Source: an uncultured Alphaproteobacteria bacterium (GTDB lineage: Bacteria > Pseudomonadota > Alphaproteobacteria > Rhizobiales > Rhodomicrobiaceae). Taken from it: a stretch of DNA of 64,000 nucleotides. Below the pieces are notes generated by a model. That model saw nothing but the letters and a program-made list of their open reading frames with translations, was not told the DNA's origin and did no database searches. Made by a program: the position numbers and the translations under genes. The first letter of the stretch is position 1. Each line of letters opens with the position of its first letter. Shown one piece after another: positions 40,708 to 49,755 of this stretch. The DNA lies in contig CAWFPF010000007.1 of assembly GCA_963817705.1 (NCBI GenBank), positions 7,275 through 71,274 of the forward strand. The letters are read 5' to 3'.

Positions 40708-41230
40708 TCAAGTTGAATTGCATGGCGCTGTCGAGGAACGGCATCGACGGCGGTTTACGGCCGCGGCGACCCCTCGCTCCGCAATGCGTTGAAGCGCGAT
40801 GTCTGGGATTTCGGGCCCAAAGATCCGGGTTCGCCCCCGGGGCCGCGATGGCTTCCATCCCGGACGAGCGGCCTGCGAGCGATCCATCTCGGGTGATGAG
40901 ACGCCACTCATAGGTGACCGTGATGATGTTTTTTCGACGCGCGATCTTAAGGCCGCATTCTAGGCGGTAATCGCCGCCGGCGCGCTCGTAATTCAAAAGC
41001 ACGATGCCTGCGCGGCGTGTCTCGTCATCGAGCCGATGCACAAGCCGGTCCGACACGGCCGCAGGTGGACCTGCCACATCGCCCAAAGCGACGGCAGCAA
41101 CTTGCGGCGCCTCCGGCCTGATCTGTGCGGACCCTGGCATTGGGACGGGTGGAACCAACGACCCGCATCCCGCAAGCTCCGCCGCCGTAGCCGCGAAGAG
41201 CATTGCCGCAGTGCGTGAAAGGAGACGCAT
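40708..41230 (-). CDS. Putative lipoprotein (apparent +1 frameshift at 40807-40812)
   Basis: Lipobox LAGC; removing one A from minus-strand GAAATC gives ...PDLWARIPDIALQRIAERG and a stop at 40708. Confidence 0.68.
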
Positions 41231-41581
41231 CCTCAAAGCCTTATGATTTTGACTCAATCTTAAAAAAGACTTTTAATGAAACGGATAAAAAGGTCAAGCC
41301 CCAGCAGCAAACTGCCCGTCCCGAACGTTATGATCTGCGCGGAAGCGCTTCTTCCGCGCACCGCCATACGCCGATCCAAGTCACGTCTGCGGTTCCGGTT
41401 TGCCACGGCGGAAATCTCGCCTCCCGATAACGGCGGCGTCCGTAAAAGGCACACACGCTCGATGTGAACGGCTTAGCCGGCGCTGATTTGGCGCCGCTGG
41501 CCATTGCGGAGGGCAGGAGCCTCGTCACACGGTTACAGTCCGCCCGGGGCGGTCGCGGTCTCCCGTGTAATCGATGCAGAA

Positions 41582-42961
41582 TCAATACGCGCCTTCAGTG
41601 AAGATCGGCCTGACGTCGCCCTTCCAGTCGCCGTGATACCGCGCCAGAAGGCGTTCCGCCTCGGTTTGACCGGACGCCGTAATATCCATCAAAGCTTGAA
41701 GAAAAACGGTCTCGTCAGCGGAATCCAGTCCGGCGTGGCCCCGCGCCTTAAGCCCGGCCGAGGCCAGATCCACGGCTGCGCGCGCGATGCCAAGGACGGT
41801 GCCGTTCCGGAACGGCGTCTTAAGCGCAAGCCGGGGTACATCGTCGCGCAGCTGCTGCCGCTCCTCCGCCGTCCAATCCTTGATGAGATCATAGGCAGCA
41901 TCGAGGCTTGCCTGCTCATAGAGCAGCCCCGTCCAAAAAGCAGGCAGAGCGCACAGGCTGCGCCATGACCCGCTGTCAGCGCCTCGCATCTCCAGGAAGC
42001 GTTTGAGCCGGACCTCAGGGAACAGCGTCGTCAGGTGATCGGACCAATCTGTGAGAGTGGGCTTTTCGCCGGGAAGCTGCGGAAGACGTCCCTCCATGAA
42101 ATCACGGAAGGAAGCGCCCGAGACATCGATATAAGCCTTGTTCCGGCGCACGAAATACATCGGCACATCGAGCGCGTAGTCCACGTAGCGCTCATAGCCC
42201 ATGCCCGCTTCAAAGGCGAAAGGCAGCATGCCGGTACGCGCCGCATCCGTATCGAGCCATATCGCGCTGCGGAAGCTCAGATAGCCATTTGGCTTTCCTT
42301 CGGTGAACGGTGAATTGGCAAAGAGCGCTGCCGCGATGGGTTGCAAAGCCAGCGAAACGCGCAGCTTCTTCACCATGTCCGCTTCGTCCGCAAAATCGAG
42401 ATTCACCTGAACCGTCGCGGAGCGGTACATCATGTCGAGACCGAGCTTACCGACCTTCGGCATGTAGGAGGTCATGATGGCATAGCGGCTCTTCGGCATG
42501 CGAGGCGTTTCTGCCAGCGTCCATAGCGGGGAGAAGCCAAGGCCAAGGAAGGAGATACCGAGCGGATCGGCGATTTCCCGCACTTGCTTCAGATGCCGCC
42601 CAACCTCCTCACAGGTTTGGAAAATCGTCTGAAGCGGCGCGCCGGAAAGCTCGAACTGGCCGCCCGGCTCAAGCGTGATGGAGCCTCCAAGTTCGCTGGA
42701 GGCGTCATCCAGCGCGATCACGTTCTCTTTGTCGAAGAGAAGGCGCCAGCCAAAGCGGCTCGCCATTCCCTCAAGCAGAGCCCGGATGCCCGCCGGGCCA
42801 TCGTAGGGAACCGGACGGAGGCCGTCGCAATAGAAAGGAAACTTCTCGTGCTCGGTTCCGATGCGCCAATCGGCTTTCGGTTTCTCGCCCTGCTCGATAT
42901 GCGCCACGAGTTCGTCACGATTCTCGATGGGCAGTTCTGTTTCGCCGGAGGCTAGCATCAT
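41582..42961 (-). CDS. gshA: Glutamate--cysteine ligase
   Basis: RIGTEHEKF, ITLEPGGQFELSG, QVNLDF and FPEVRLKRFLEMRGAD motifs. Confidence 0.96.
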   Translation of the reverse strand: MMLASGETELPIENRDELVAHIEQGEKPKADWRIGTEHEKFPFYCDGLRPVPYDGPAGIRALLEGMASRFGWRLLFDKENVIALDDASSELGGSITLEPGGQFELSGAPLQTIFQTCEEVGRHLKQVREIADPLGISFLGLGFSPLWTLAETPRMPKSRYAIMTSYMPKVGKLGLDMMYRSATVQVNLDFADEADMVKKLRVSLALQPIAAALFANSPFTEGKPNGYLSFRSAIWLDTDAARTGMLPFAFEAGMGYERYVDYALDVPMYFVRRNKAYIDVSGASFRDFMEGRLPQLPGEKPTLTDWSDHLTTLFPEVRLKRFLEMRGADSGSWRSLCALPAFWTGLLYEQASLDAAYDLIKDWTAEERQQLRDDVPRLALKTPFRNGTVLGIARAAVDLASAGLKARGHAGLDSADETVFLQALMDITASGQTEAERLLARYHGDWKGDVRPIFTEGAY

Positions 42962-43031
42962 GGTTCGCTCTGTTGCCGGTTGGAACGCTTAATCTTGTGC
43001 ACGCTTTTTAGGCTCGCTTATAAGCGGACTT

Positions 43032-43757
43032 CTATCGCCAGTCTCCCAAAACCGCGTTGATCAGGGCCAGAACCGCGACCGCGGCAGTATCGGCGCGCAT
43101 GATGCGCGGTCCAAGCGATATTGGATAGACGAAATCCTTCGATAGCAAAAGCTCGCGCTCGTCAGGCGAAAAGCCACCCTCCGGTCCAATGAGCGCCGCC
43201 AATTTGCGGCCCTCAAGCGTCCCGATCGCTTCGAGCGGGGATGCTGCCGGCGCGTTCTCGTCGCAAAAAACTACAGCCCGGCTATTTTCGCAAGTCCTAA
43301 GCAGTGTTTCAAGTTTGACCGGCGCATTGATGCCGGGAACCGCGAGTATGCCGCATTGTTCCGCGGCTTCGATGGCATTCGCCTGCATGCGCTCGATGTT
43401 TGGCCGCGAAACCGCCGTCCGGGCCGTCATGACAGGCTGCAAAACCGATGCTCCCATCTCGACAGCCTTTTGAACCATGTAGTCGAGCCGGGCTTGCTTC
43501 AACGGCGCAAACGCATAGTGGAGGTCCTGTGCCGGCGTCTGCTCCCGGACTTTGCCGGTCACCTTCAGGACGCAACTTCTCTTCTTTGCAGAGGCGATCT
43601 CAGCGGCCCATTCGCCGTTTTTGCCATCGAAGAGCAGAACCTGCGCACCGTCCGAAAGCCTCAAGACGTGCAGGAGATAATGAGCATGGGCCGCCCCGGG
43701 AACGATCTCCCGCTCTGCGCTGAGATCATTTGCGACAAACAGTCTATAAACAGTCAT
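43032..43757 (-). CDS. rsmE: 16S rRNA (uracil1498-N3)-methyltransferase
   Basis: HVLRL, EAAEQCG, IGPEGGFS and LGPRIMRADTA motifs. Confidence 0.96.
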   Translation of the reverse strand: MTVYRLFVANDLSAEREIVPGAAHAHYLLHVLRLSDGAQVLLFDGKNGEWAAEIASAKKRSCVLKVTGKVREQTPAQDLHYAFAPLKQARLDYMVQKAVEMGASVLQPVMTARTAVSRPNIERMQANAIEAAEQCGILAVPGINAPVKLETLLRTCENSRAVVFCDENAPAASPLEAIGTLEGRKLAALIGPEGGFSPDERELLLSKDFVYPISLGPRIMRADTAAVAVLALINAVLGDWR

Positions 43758-43860
43758 TGCGCGAGAAAATCTTTTGTGCTGTTGACATAAGACCCTCCTA
43801 AAATTGGCACATTATTTGTATCATCATTCGGGAGCGGGGAAGAATTGGGACGATCGAGCC

Positions 43861-44835
43861 ATGCAAGCAATTGGTGACCGCTCAAGCGTCAAGACTGCCA
43901 TCGAAGAAGCCCCTGGCCCCGTTGCCGACGCGGGCCGCGCCAACTGGGTTGACCGCTTCGCGCCTTCTGGGCTCAAGCCCTGGCTGAGGCTCGTCCGGGC
44001 CGACCGTCCTATTGGCGCCTGGCTTCTGCTATGGCCGTGCTGGTGGTCCGTCGCCCTGTCTGCACGCGCGGCCGGCGAATTCCCCGATCCGTTTCTACTT
44101 CTGCTTTTCGCCATCGGTGCCTTCGCCATGCGCAGCGCGGGCTGCATTTACAATGATATTATAGACCGCGACATCGATGCGAAAGTGGCAAGAACCAGAG
44201 CCCGTCCCCTCGCCAGCGGGCAAATCCCAGTGACCTCGGCGATGGCGCTAGGCGTTGGCCTGTGCTTTATCGGCCTGCTGGTTCTGCTCAATTTCAACCC
44301 GTTCGCGATCGCGCTCGGCTTCGGCTCCGTCGGTATCGTGCTGATCTACCCGCTCATGAAAAGGGTGACATTCTGGCCTCAAGCCGTGCTCGGCCTCGCC
44401 TTTTCCTGGGGTGCGCTCATGGGATGGGCGGCGGATGTTGGCGGCTTGGAGCTCGCGCCAGTGGTGCTATATGCCGCCGCGGTTGCTTGGACCATCGGCT
44501 ACGACACGATTTACGCTCATCAAGACAAAGAAGACGACGTCCTGATGGGGCTTAAATCGACCGCGCTGCGCTTCGGAACCAATACGCCGCTATGGCTTAG
44601 CCTGTTTTTTGGCATAACCATCGGAGGCATAGCTTTCTCTGGGTGGCTTGTTGGAGCTGGCGCAATATTCTATTGCGGCCTGGTTGCCGCGTCCGCCCAT
44701 TTGATCTGGCAGGTTGCGACACTTGATATCAACGATTCTCAAAACTGCCTCGACCGATTCCGGAGCAATCACGGATTTGGCGCTATCGTATTCCTGGCCC
44801 TCGTGCTCGATGTGGTACCCCTTGCGGTTTCATAG
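43861..44835 (+). CDS. ubiA: 4-hydroxybenzoate octaprenyltransferase
   Basis: RADRPIG, NDIIDRDIDAKVARTRARPLASG and YDTIYAHQDKEDD motifs. Confidence 0.96.
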   Translation: MQAIGDRSSVKTAIEEAPGPVADAGRANWVDRFAPSGLKPWLRLVRADRPIGAWLLLWPCWWSVALSARAAGEFPDPFLLLLFAIGAFAMRSAGCIYNDIIDRDIDAKVARTRARPLASGQIPVTSAMALGVGLCFIGLLVLLNFNPFAIALGFGSVGIVLIYPLMKRVTFWPQAVLGLAFSWGALMGWAADVGGLELAPVVLYAAAVAWTIGYDTIYAHQDKEDDVLMGLKSTALRFGTNTPLWLSLFFGITIGGIAFSGWLVGAGAIFYCGLVAASAHLIWQVATLDINDSQNCLDRFRSNHGFGAIVFLALVLDVVPLAVS

Positions 44836-44856
44836 GCGGGCCTCCTATACACCGGG

Positions 44857-45651
44857 ATGAGCGATCTCACCCAGGATTTCGATTTGCTTCGAGAAGCCGC
44901 GCGCGCGGCCGCCGCGCTGGCCATGAGTTATTGGGGGCGCCCACTCCGGCACGACCGCAAATCCGATGGCAGCACGGTCACGGAGGCCGACATGGCCGTC
45001 GACGAGATGCTTGCGGCACGGCTGAAAGAGGCGCGCCCGGCCTATGGCTGGCTCTCCGAGGAAAGCCCAGAACACACAGCCCGCCTTGCCGCGAGCCGGG
45101 TCTGGGTCGTCGATCCCATCGACGGCACCCGCGACTTTCTTCGCGGCGGCCGGGATTGGACCATCGCTCTGGCCTTGGTCGAGGATGGTGCGCCCGTCCT
45201 GTCTTCCGTTATCAATCCGGTTCACGAGGAAATCTTCGAGGCTCAAGCGGGAAAGGGAGCTTGGCTCAACGGGCACCGCATTCATGTCAGCAGCCAAGAC
45301 CGGCTCGCCGGAGCACGGGTCGCGATTGGGCGCGCCGGGTTCACCAAGGGAGCTTGGCGCAAGCCATGGCCGGAAGCCTCTCTCGTTCCCGCCAATTCTA
45401 CGCTTTACCGGATGGCCCTCATTGCTTCAGGGCGTGCGGACGCGTCTTTTGCGTTGAACCCGAAATGGGAGTGGGATATCGCTGCCGGCGCGCTTCTCGT
45501 CACGGAGGCTGGCGGCGTGATCACGGCAGCTTCGGGAGCGCCACTGAAATTCAACTCGAAAGAAGCGCAAACCCAGGGATTTGTAGCTGCAACCCCGGAT
45601 TTGCATCCGGCCTTGATCGCACATTTAGGACGGACCGGCAGCGGTTCGTAA
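44857..45651 (+). CDS. Inositol monophosphatase / CysQ family phosphatase
   Basis: VTEAD, WLSEE, DPIDGT and WDIAAG motifs. Confidence 0.92.
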   Translation: MSDLTQDFDLLREAARAAAALAMSYWGRPLRHDRKSDGSTVTEADMAVDEMLAARLKEARPAYGWLSEESPEHTARLAASRVWVVDPIDGTRDFLRGGRDWTIALALVEDGAPVLSSVINPVHEEIFEAQAGKGAWLNGHRIHVSSQDRLAGARVAIGRAGFTKGAWRKPWPEASLVPANSTLYRMALIASGRADASFALNPKWEWDIAAGALLVTEAGGVITAASGAPLKFNSKEAQTQGFVAATPDLHPALIAHLGRTGSGS

Positions 45652-45675
45652 CATCCGATCGATGAGGATTTCAAA

Positions 45676-45933
45676 ATGAGTGACATCGAAAACCGTCAGC
45701 TGCTGCATCTGGTGTTCGGTGGCGAGCTGAAGTCCGTGGACAGCACGGAATTTCGCGATATATCCGCGCTGCACATCCTTGGCGTTTACCCAAACTATGC
45801 CTCGGCCTACGACGCCTGGAAGGCTGCAGCTCAGCGCACAGTAGATAATGCGCTCATGCGTTATTTCATCGTGCACATGCATCGCTTGCTCGACCCCTCG
45901 ACCGATCCCGCACAGAGCAATCCCGGCGCCTGA
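45676..45933 (+). CDS. DUF4170 domain protein
   Basis: LHLVFGGEL...YPNYASAYDAWKAAAQRTVDNALMRYFIVH. Confidence 0.9.
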   Translation: MSDIENRQLLHLVFGGELKSVDSTEFRDISALHILGVYPNYASAYDAWKAAAQRTVDNALMRYFIVHMHRLLDPSTDPAQSNPGA

Positions 45934-47376
45934 TGACGGACTCCGCTCCCATAAAGCGCGGGCCACGCGATACGGATGAAGCAGCGATGGACGAAACGGC
46001 CAACGAGGCGGCGGGCCGGTTTCAGCGCACGGGCAACGGCGGTTGGGTTCCGCGCGGCAAGACCGGCGGGTCCAACGGGTCTGGCCTTCTGCTGACCCTC
46101 TACCGGGGCGCCACCTGGGCGGCGCGCCCCGTGGCCATGCCGATTTTGCGCCGGCGCGCGGAACAAGGCAAAGAAGTGCCGGCGAGGCTTTCCGAGCGCC
46201 TTGGCATTGCGACGATCCCCCGGCCCGCCGGCCCGCTCTTCTGGTTTCACGCGGCGAGCGTCGGCGAGACGAACGCGGTGCTGCCGCTCATGCATAAGCT
46301 TAGGGAAAGCTACCCGGCGCTCAATATCCTGCTGACGACCGTCACCGTGACATCGGCCAAGATCGCCGCGGAACGGCTCCCGAACGGGGCGATTCATCAA
46401 TTCATGCCGCTCGATAGCCCGCGCTTCTGCCAGCGCTTCATCGAGCATTGGCGGCCCGATCTTGGACTTTTCACCGAGTTCTGAAATCTGGCCGAATCTC
46501 ATCGTCGAGGCGAGCAGCCGCAACGTGCCCCTGGTGCTCGTCAATGCGCGGATGTCGCAGCGATCCTGCAAGCGATGGGCCCGGCTTTCGAGCCTCAGCA
46601 GACCCGTGTTTTCGCGTTTCGATCTGGTTCTGACGCAGAATGGGCGGTTCGCCCAACGTCTCACCGGGCTTGGCGCTCCGGCAGCGCTCGTCACTGGCAA
46701 CCTGAAATACGACTCCCCCCCTCCGCCCGTGGACATGCGCGCCGCGGCGGAATTGCGGCGCAGCGCCGGGGACAGGCCCGTGTTTCTGGCCGCGAGCACG
46801 CATCCCGGCGAAGACGAGGTGGCCGCGCGCGTGCACGAATTGCTACAAGCCGCAATGCCCTCCTTGCTGACGGTCATCGTCCCGCGCCACCCCAATCGCG
46901 GCGAAGCCATCGCTTCGCTTCTCGGCGAGCGGCACCTGCCAGCCGCCCGGCGCTCGGCCCGCGAGCCAGTGACAGGTGAAACGCAGGTCTACCTTGCCGA
47001 TACGATCGGCGAGTTGGGGCTGTTCTACACACTTGCGCCGCTGTCTTTCATAGGCGGGTCGCTGGTGGTCCATGGCGGGCAAAACCCCATCGAAGCGGTG
47101 AAGCTCGGTTCCGGCGTTCTGAGCGGCCCGCATACCTTCAATTTTGCCGAGACCTATTCGGTCCTTCAGCACCACGAAGGCTTCAAACTTGTCGTAGGCC
47201 CGGACGATCTCGCCGCCGCGCTCCGGAGACTGTTCGAGAACCCCGCCGAGGCGGAGGAGATGAAACGCCGGGCGGCGGCAGCTATCGGTACGCTTTGCGG
47301 GGCGCTCGAAAAGACGCTGGAGGCGCTGAAGCCCTATCTGTCCGCCGCCTTTGGCACAGCGGTACATGCCGCTTGA
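45933..47376 (+). CDS. waaA: 3-deoxy-D-manno-octulosonic acid transferase (apparent +1 frameshift at 46476-46481)
   Basis: WFHAASVGE in frame 1; removing one T from GAGTTC restores ESEIWPN; ASTHPGE, VPRHP and GGQNPIE follow. Confidence 0.93.
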
Positions 47377-48550
47377 GCCGCCTCCATGGTGGTACGATGG
47401 CCAGATCCCACTGGCCGCCTGGGGGCTGCTTCCTATCTCGGCGGCCTATGGTGCCATCGTGCAAAGGCGGTTCCGGACCGTTTCGCCTTACCGGAGCAAG
47501 CTTCCGGTTATCTGCATCGGCAATTTCACCATGGGCGGCGCGGGCAAAACACCGGTTGCCCTAAAGCTTGCGCCGCTCTTGCTGGGCGCGGGCCGAAAGC
47601 CGGCGTTTCTTTCGCGCGGCTATGGCGGCCATGAACTTGGTCCGCATGTGGTGGACGCCGCCTTGGACGAAGCCGGCCGGGTGGGCGACGAACCGCTGCT
47701 CTTGGCGGAGGTAGCGCCAACCGTAGTCAGCCGGGACCGTCCGGCGGGTGCCCGGCTCATCGAAGCGCTCGGCGCCGATACCATCGTCATGGATGACGGT
47801 TTTCAAAATCCGTCGCTCAAGAAAGATTTCAGCCTGATCGTGGTGGACGCTGGGGCAGGCATTGGCTCGGGCCGCATCTTTCCGCTCGGCCCCTTGCGCG
47901 CGCCGCTGGGCTTCCAAGCGGGCATGGCCGATGCCATTCTGATTTTGGGCGAAGACCCGGCGGGGGAGAGCCTTCAACGGGTGAACGCCAGTTTGAGAGG
48001 AAGATACCCCTCACCCCAACCCTCTCCCGCAAGGGGAGAGGGGGCAGGGCGCGCGCGTTGTGAGGGCGTCCCTTCTCTCCCGCAAGCTAGCCTTGACGAG
48101 CTTGCCATTCCGAGATCCAGCAAGCGGATGCGGACGGGAGAAGGACAGGATGAGGGGGCCTGCTTCTGCCGCGGCCTAAACGCCTTCGAGGCCAAAATCG
48201 TGCCGCGGATCACCGATGATATGCGCGGCCGGCGGTTCCTCGCGTTTTGCGGCATCGGGCGCCCCGCCAAATTTTTTGAGACGTTGCGTCAGGCCGGCGT
48301 CGCAGCGGTCAGAACCCGGAGCTTCCCCGATCACCACGCTTATTTGGAGACGGACGCGCTTTCGCTCCTCGGCGAAGCCAACGCGCTCGGCGCCGGGCTG
48401 ATCACCACCGGAAAAGACCTCGTGCGCCTCAGACACAAGTCCGGCGCCTTGGGAGAGCTAGGCCGGTCCACGCTTGCCTTACCGGTCACGGTCGAATTCG
48501 CGGACGGCCACGAGGCTTTGCTGATTAAGGCCCTGCAAGCGCGCTTTTAA
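47366..48550 (+). CDS. lpxK: Tetraacyldisaccharide 4'-kinase with an in-frame repeat insertion
   Basis: IGNFTMGGAGKTP, SRGYGG, GDEP, MDDGFQ, AFCGIGRP and FPDHH motifs. Confidence 0.95.
   Translation: MPLEPPPWWYDGQIPLAAWGLLPISAAYGAIVQRRFRTVSPYRSKLPVICIGNFTMGGAGKTPVALKLAPLLLGAGRKPAFLSRGYGGHELGPHVVDAALDEAGRVGDEPLLLAEVAPTVVSRDRPAGARLIEALGADTIVMDDGFQNPSLKKDFSLIVVDAGAGIGSGRIFPLGPLRAPLGFQAGMADAILILGEDPAGESLQRVNASLRGRYPSPQPSPARGEGAGRARCEGVPSLPQASLDELAIPRSSKRMRTGEGQDEGACFCRGLNAFEAKIVPRITDDMRGRRFLAFCGIGRPAKFFETLRQAGVAAVRTRSFPDHHAYLETDALSLLGEANALGAGLITTGKDLVRLRHKSGALGELGRSTLALPVTVEFADGHEALLIKALQARF
48007..48157. repeat. Palindromic repeat copy B (in-frame in lpxK)
   Basis: CCCCTCACCCCAACCCTCTCCCGCAAGGGGAGAGGG...GGGAGAAGGACAGGATGAGGGG. 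Confidence 0.9.
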
Positions 48551-48626
48551 AGCCCACGCAGAGGCGTATTACCCTCAATCCTGGGAACCTTGTTTTTCCC
48601 TCTCGGACGAGACGGCCGCTGCCGGG

Positions 48627-49283
48627 CTAAGGGCCTGGATTAGGGTGCGGCACAGGCGTCGCGGCGCGTCTGAAATAGAAGTAAAGAAGTGTGCTACCGG
48701 CAGCGGCGAAGAAACACCAGACCGAGATGAAAGTCGTGAAATAAACGTAAGTGGAGACAAGGAAACCTATCACCACGATCGCGCCGAACCTACGGATCGC
48801 TCCGCTCGAAGAAAGCAGAAGCGGAACGCAGGTGCACACGAGATAAAGAAAACTCTGCCAGGAAAACGCCTTCTCATTGCCCCGGTAGTCGATGCTTTGC
48901 CCGCAGATCGGGACAGGCGGCGGGTTCTCGATAAGACGCTGAAGCATATAAATGGCGATCGTGCCGCCGAGCGCGGCGATGACGTAAAGAACGCGCCTGC
49001 GCCGGACATCGGGCTCAGTGAAAAGCACGGCGGGCGCGACGTAGGCTGGCCACAGGACTTTGGCAAATACCAGAAAACACATTGAAAGCGCAGCGACCGT
49101 ACTGCCGCCACTGCCCGGTAATCGCAGCCAGAGGGCGCCCTCAATGGCCTGCTGAAATGCGAAGAGAAGTGGTATGGCTGCGAGCGGCAGCTCGCGTGCT
49201 TGTTTCACTTGTCCAAGGGTAGCAACGCCGATCACGGCGGTGATTGAGGCGGCTGAGAAACTCGCTGTCGCTGAAAAACACAT
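48627..49283 (-). CDS. DUF6629-like membrane protein
   Basis: MCFSATASF...PLLFAFQQAIEG...ISVWCFFAA. Confidence 0.85.
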   Translation of the reverse strand: MCFSATASFSAASITAVIGVATLGQVKQARELPLAAIPLLFAFQQAIEGALWLRLPGSGGSTVAALSMCFLVFAKVLWPAYVAPAVLFTEPDVRRRRVLYVIAALGGTIAIYMLQRLIENPPPVPICGQSIDYRGNEKAFSWQSFLYLVCTCVPLLLSSSGAIRRFGAIVVIGFLVSTYVYFTTFISVWCFFAAAGSTLLYFYFRRAATPVPHPNPGP

Positions 49284-49433
49284 GCCAGCCGCGCGCGCCG
49301 CTCCCGAGTAGCCCGCGTAAGGTCCGTGGAAGCCGCTGTGGACGGGCGCGAGAGCCAGCGAAATGCTGTCCACTACCCCATATCACAAAGAGAACGTTAA
49401 TCCCGGAAGAAATTCGACGGCGCGCGAACGCCA

Positions 49434-49460
49434 GAAAGGCCCGTCTGAGACGGGCCTTTC
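49434..49460 (-). terminator. Intrinsic terminator downstream of csbD
   Basis: GAAAGGCCCGTCT-g-AGACGGGCCTTTC hairpin. Confidence 0.75.
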
Positions 49461-49478
49461 TCGTGATTTGAGCAATGC

Positions 49479-49676
49479 TTAAAGTCTGCCGTGCCAATCG
49501 TGGAGCTGGCGCTCGGCTTCTTCTTTCGTGATCCCGTAGCGCTCCTGGATCTTGCCGGCGAGCAACTTCTGGTCGCCCTTCACTTCCTGCAAATCGTCAT
49601 TCGTGAGCTTTCCCCACTGCTGCTGCACTTTGCCTTCAAACTGCTTCCAGTTACCCGAAATCTGATCCCAATTCAT
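49479..49676 (-). CDS. csbD: CsbD family stress protein (YjbJ type)
   Basis: MNWDQISGNWKQFEGKVQQQWGKLTNDDL. Confidence 0.93.
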   Translation of the reverse strand: MNWDQISGNWKQFEGKVQQQWGKLTNDDLQEVKGDQKLLAGKIQERYGITKEEAERQLHDWHGRL

Positions 49677-49705
49677 AGATTGTCTCCCTGGTGAACTAAG
49701 GGGTC

Positions 49706-49730
49706 AACGCATCTTCCGGCGCGAAGTTCC
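49706..49730 (-). promoter_or_regulatory. Sigma-EcfG promoter
   Basis: Exact GGAAC-N16-CGTT ending 29 bp upstream of csbD. Confidence 0.82.
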
Positions 49731-49755
49731 GCCAAGCTCCCGGAGGCCTCGGAGG

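Noticed and set aside
41260-41580. Possible ncRNA or small ORF between the lipoprotein and gshA
   Set aside because: No convincing RBS, family motif or structure could be supported by eye.
43804-43819. Sigma54-like TGGCAC-N5-TTGT upstream of ubiA
   Set aside because: The invariant -12 GC is missing and ubiA is a housekeeping gene.
6970-46481. cobC, waaA, the HWE kinase, the ABC fusion and the lipoprotein as true pseudogenes or phase-variable genes
   Set aside because: No long homopolymer or SSR tracts; all five share the GANTC duplicated-A signature and waaA is normally essential, so an artefact is more likely.
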